Below are positions 61,396 through 64,000 of a stretch of DNA of 64,000 nucleotides, in pieces; the first letter of the stretch is position 1, and every line of letters begins with the position of its first letter. The translations under genes and the position numbers were made by a program. A model generated the notes under the pieces. That model was not told where the DNA came from and searched no databases. It worked only from the letters and a program-made list of their open reading frames with translations. Source of the DNA: Chiloscyllium plagiosum (Eukaryota). The stretch is taken from NCBI RefSeq assembly GCF_004010195.1, contig NC_057717.1:107420709-107484708 (forward strand). The letters are read 5' to 3'.

Positions 61396-63224
61396 TAACA
61401 CTACTGGTCCTTGTTGATTATGAAGGAAAATAGCTTTGGAGGTTTTCCTACTTTGCTGCTATACTCTTGGTGGGAGATTGATGAAAATGGAGTAAGTGCT
61501 GAAGTTATCTTGAAAGATCAGGAGAAACCCCATGAATATTCAGACAAAGGTCGTATGTCTTAATCAATATGCTGATCTATACAAAAACTGGATAGTCTAA
61601 GTTTAATAATTATTTTCATTAGCAGACTCTGGAAGCAATTGTAGGGAAAATGCAAACTTGCTTTATATTACATTTTATGCCATTTTGAATTTGGTTTTCT
61701 ATAGATCTTATTATGGACTAGAACATGGGAATGTGCGAAATTATAACATGTTTCATTCTGTATCAATAAATTAGCTGCAAATGCACATCGCTTGAGTTTT
61801 CTTCATGTGGAGAGGTTGGAGTTGGACTGGGATGAATAAGGTCAAAAATCAAACGACACCAGGTTTTAGTCCAGCAGGTTTATTTGAAACTGCAAGCTTT
61901 CGGAGGTCAGCTTCTTTCTCAGGCGTGGTATGATTGAGAGTTATAAAACAGTATTTATAAGCAAAAGGTTAACAACTTTAACACTAGATGCCCTTGTTGA
62001 ATCCTTTAGTCAGTTAGGAGTTAGACTACTGATTAAAATGCAAAACACAGATTTCTTTCAAATCTTTGTCCCTAGATAATTAAAGATTTTATTTATGTAC
62101 AAGAGGTGACATCTCAGGTTAAACAATGCACTTCAGGTGTGAGGTCCCGCTTCGAACCTGACCTCAGTTTAAAACATAGACAGCTGGTTTATGATGTAAT
62201 TTCACTTCCCATACCAGCTGAGGTTACCATGAAGGTTACTTTCCTTCTCAACTTTGCCTGTGGTATGGTCATCCTCCCTCAGGTTAAACCACCATCAGCC
62301 ATCTCCCGAATGAGAATGCAGCCCTATCGTCTGGTAAGATTATGGTGACCTTTGCTGAAAAACCACACATGCTATTCATTTTATCAAATGGAAATTCAGA
62401 GCTGCAGGAATGTAATTTCTCAACATCATTCCCAAGAGATAAAGCCATCTCTCCGGAGCACGCAAGAGACAAATTTACCCTAACCTCGCTTCTTGCTGAA
62501 AATACACAAGTTGTATATGTTTCTTTACTTCATCAACCATGTAATTAATGTGATCCCACATTCCAGCTGGTACTATGTACCAAACAATAACAGAAAAGGT
62601 TACAAGAAAATAAAAGTTTCTCTTTGCTCTTCAGTATCGTTGATTCTCACCTGGCTTAGGTTTCCAGAGATGTTCAGACCACTTAAAGACACTTTTCCAA
62701 TGGAGATCATTGTTACATAGAGCTGCAATAATGGGATAATGTTAATGATTAGAATCGACTGATGCAAACTATATGTTTGTTACATGTACAGCTTACAAAG
62801 TGATAATTCATAGCAGGTCTTTTTGAAAGAAGAACTGAAATGAATACTTGCTAGTAGTTTGTATAATTTCCAGCTGAATATGTCTGAATTTTCAGCAAGC
62901 AGCCCAGCTTTTAAACATGCATAGCTGATCATTATCCAAACTTTACAGACACATACTTTCCACCTCCAATTTTGGTGATTTTCAAAAGCATCAAAATGTC
63001 TGACATTTTTAAGTTGCCCTTAAATGGACTATAATCCACTGCACGTTATTTGTTTGACATGATTGTTTTAGAATTGGAGGGATTATAGACACAGTTTGTT
63101 GCTCTACACTAGCGGTTTTGGAAAATTGGTGAGCATTAATAAAGTTAGACAGCAAATTTTAAACACAAACATTTCCTTGTGGAGATTCAGTTTCTGGTGA
63201 TTAGACATTTATTAATCAATCATA

Positions 63225-63860
63225 CAGAGTCAGAGAGGTAAACAGATACAAAGCACAGGAACAGACCCTTTGAACTTGTCCATGCTGACCAGATATCCTA
63301 AATAAATCTAGTCCCATTTGGCTCATATCCCTCTCAACCCTTTTTATTCATATACTCATCCAGATGCCTTTTAAATGTTGTAAGTGTACAGCCTCATTTC
63401 ATACATGCACCTCCCTACAGAATTGCATAATTCGGCGTAGCAGTAATGTACATAATAATGGGAAACTTCACATACACTCCAGATGATGAAAATGGTAATT
63501 AGATTCTCAAAGGATGGGAGAGAATGGCTATAACACAGAAAGAGGTCATTCAGCCAGTATGTATGAAAGAGCAATCAACCATTTTTCCTCTGTCTTTTCC
63601 CCATTGCCCTGTAAATATATTCCCATCAGGGAACTCTCCCAATTCATTCTGAAAGACATGACTGAAAGCGCCTCCACCACATTCTCAGAGATGTCATTCC
63701 AGATCTTAACCACTCGCTGTGGAAACATTTTGCCTCGGATTGCTACTGTTTCATCCGTCAAGTTCCTTAAACCTTTGTTCTTGGGTTCTCAACTCTTCTG
63801 TTAATTAGAACAATATCACTTTTTGTATTCAGTCTGACTCCTCATGACTTAGAACACCTC
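63225..63860 (-). mobile_element. Two CR1 3' fragments
   Basis: CR1 tail at 63225-63400; older fragment (FPQRVVKIWNDI) at 63530-63860. Confidence 0.75.
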
Positions 63861-64000
63861 TCAACGTCTGAAGGATACTCTAAGTTACCGAAGAAATTTG
63901 GAACCAATCTTATAAACAATGCTGATCCTGGGTTCAAATCTCTCCTGTAATAACATCTCTGAACACATTGGTCAGAAAATATCTAAAAATATTTTCTACA

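Overview
Repeat-rich, AT-rich vertebrate DNA. The HE1-type SINEs and HER1/CR1 LINEs point to a cartilaginous fish, probably a shark. One intact gene, missed by the ORF track, can be rebuilt by hand: a + strand, 7-exon SOUL/heme-binding-protein family gene (soul2-like). Its CDS exons are 32674-32675, 42417-42473, 44520-44598, 45247-45367, 52538-52677, 58052-58215 and 59872-59947, giving 212 aa with a predicted signal peptide and a start codon split by intron 1. On the - strand, a chain of non-repetitive segments with canonical splice sites runs from about 38127 down to 1207. It reads as protein interrupted by stops and frameshifts, looks like an unidentified decayed multi-exon gene, and overlaps the 5' end of the SOUL gene. 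The rest is mostly CR1 LINEs (two near full length), HE1 and older SINEs, L2 fragments, a 650-bp solo LTR and Myb/SANT (Harbinger-like) relics. There are also many short Penelope-derived elements that carry minimal hammerhead ribozyme motifs, often form foldbacks and have 12-15 bp TSDs. Several locally templated inverted or direct duplications are present. Most ORF-track calls are repeat fragments or their antisense. All assignments were made by eye without database searches.
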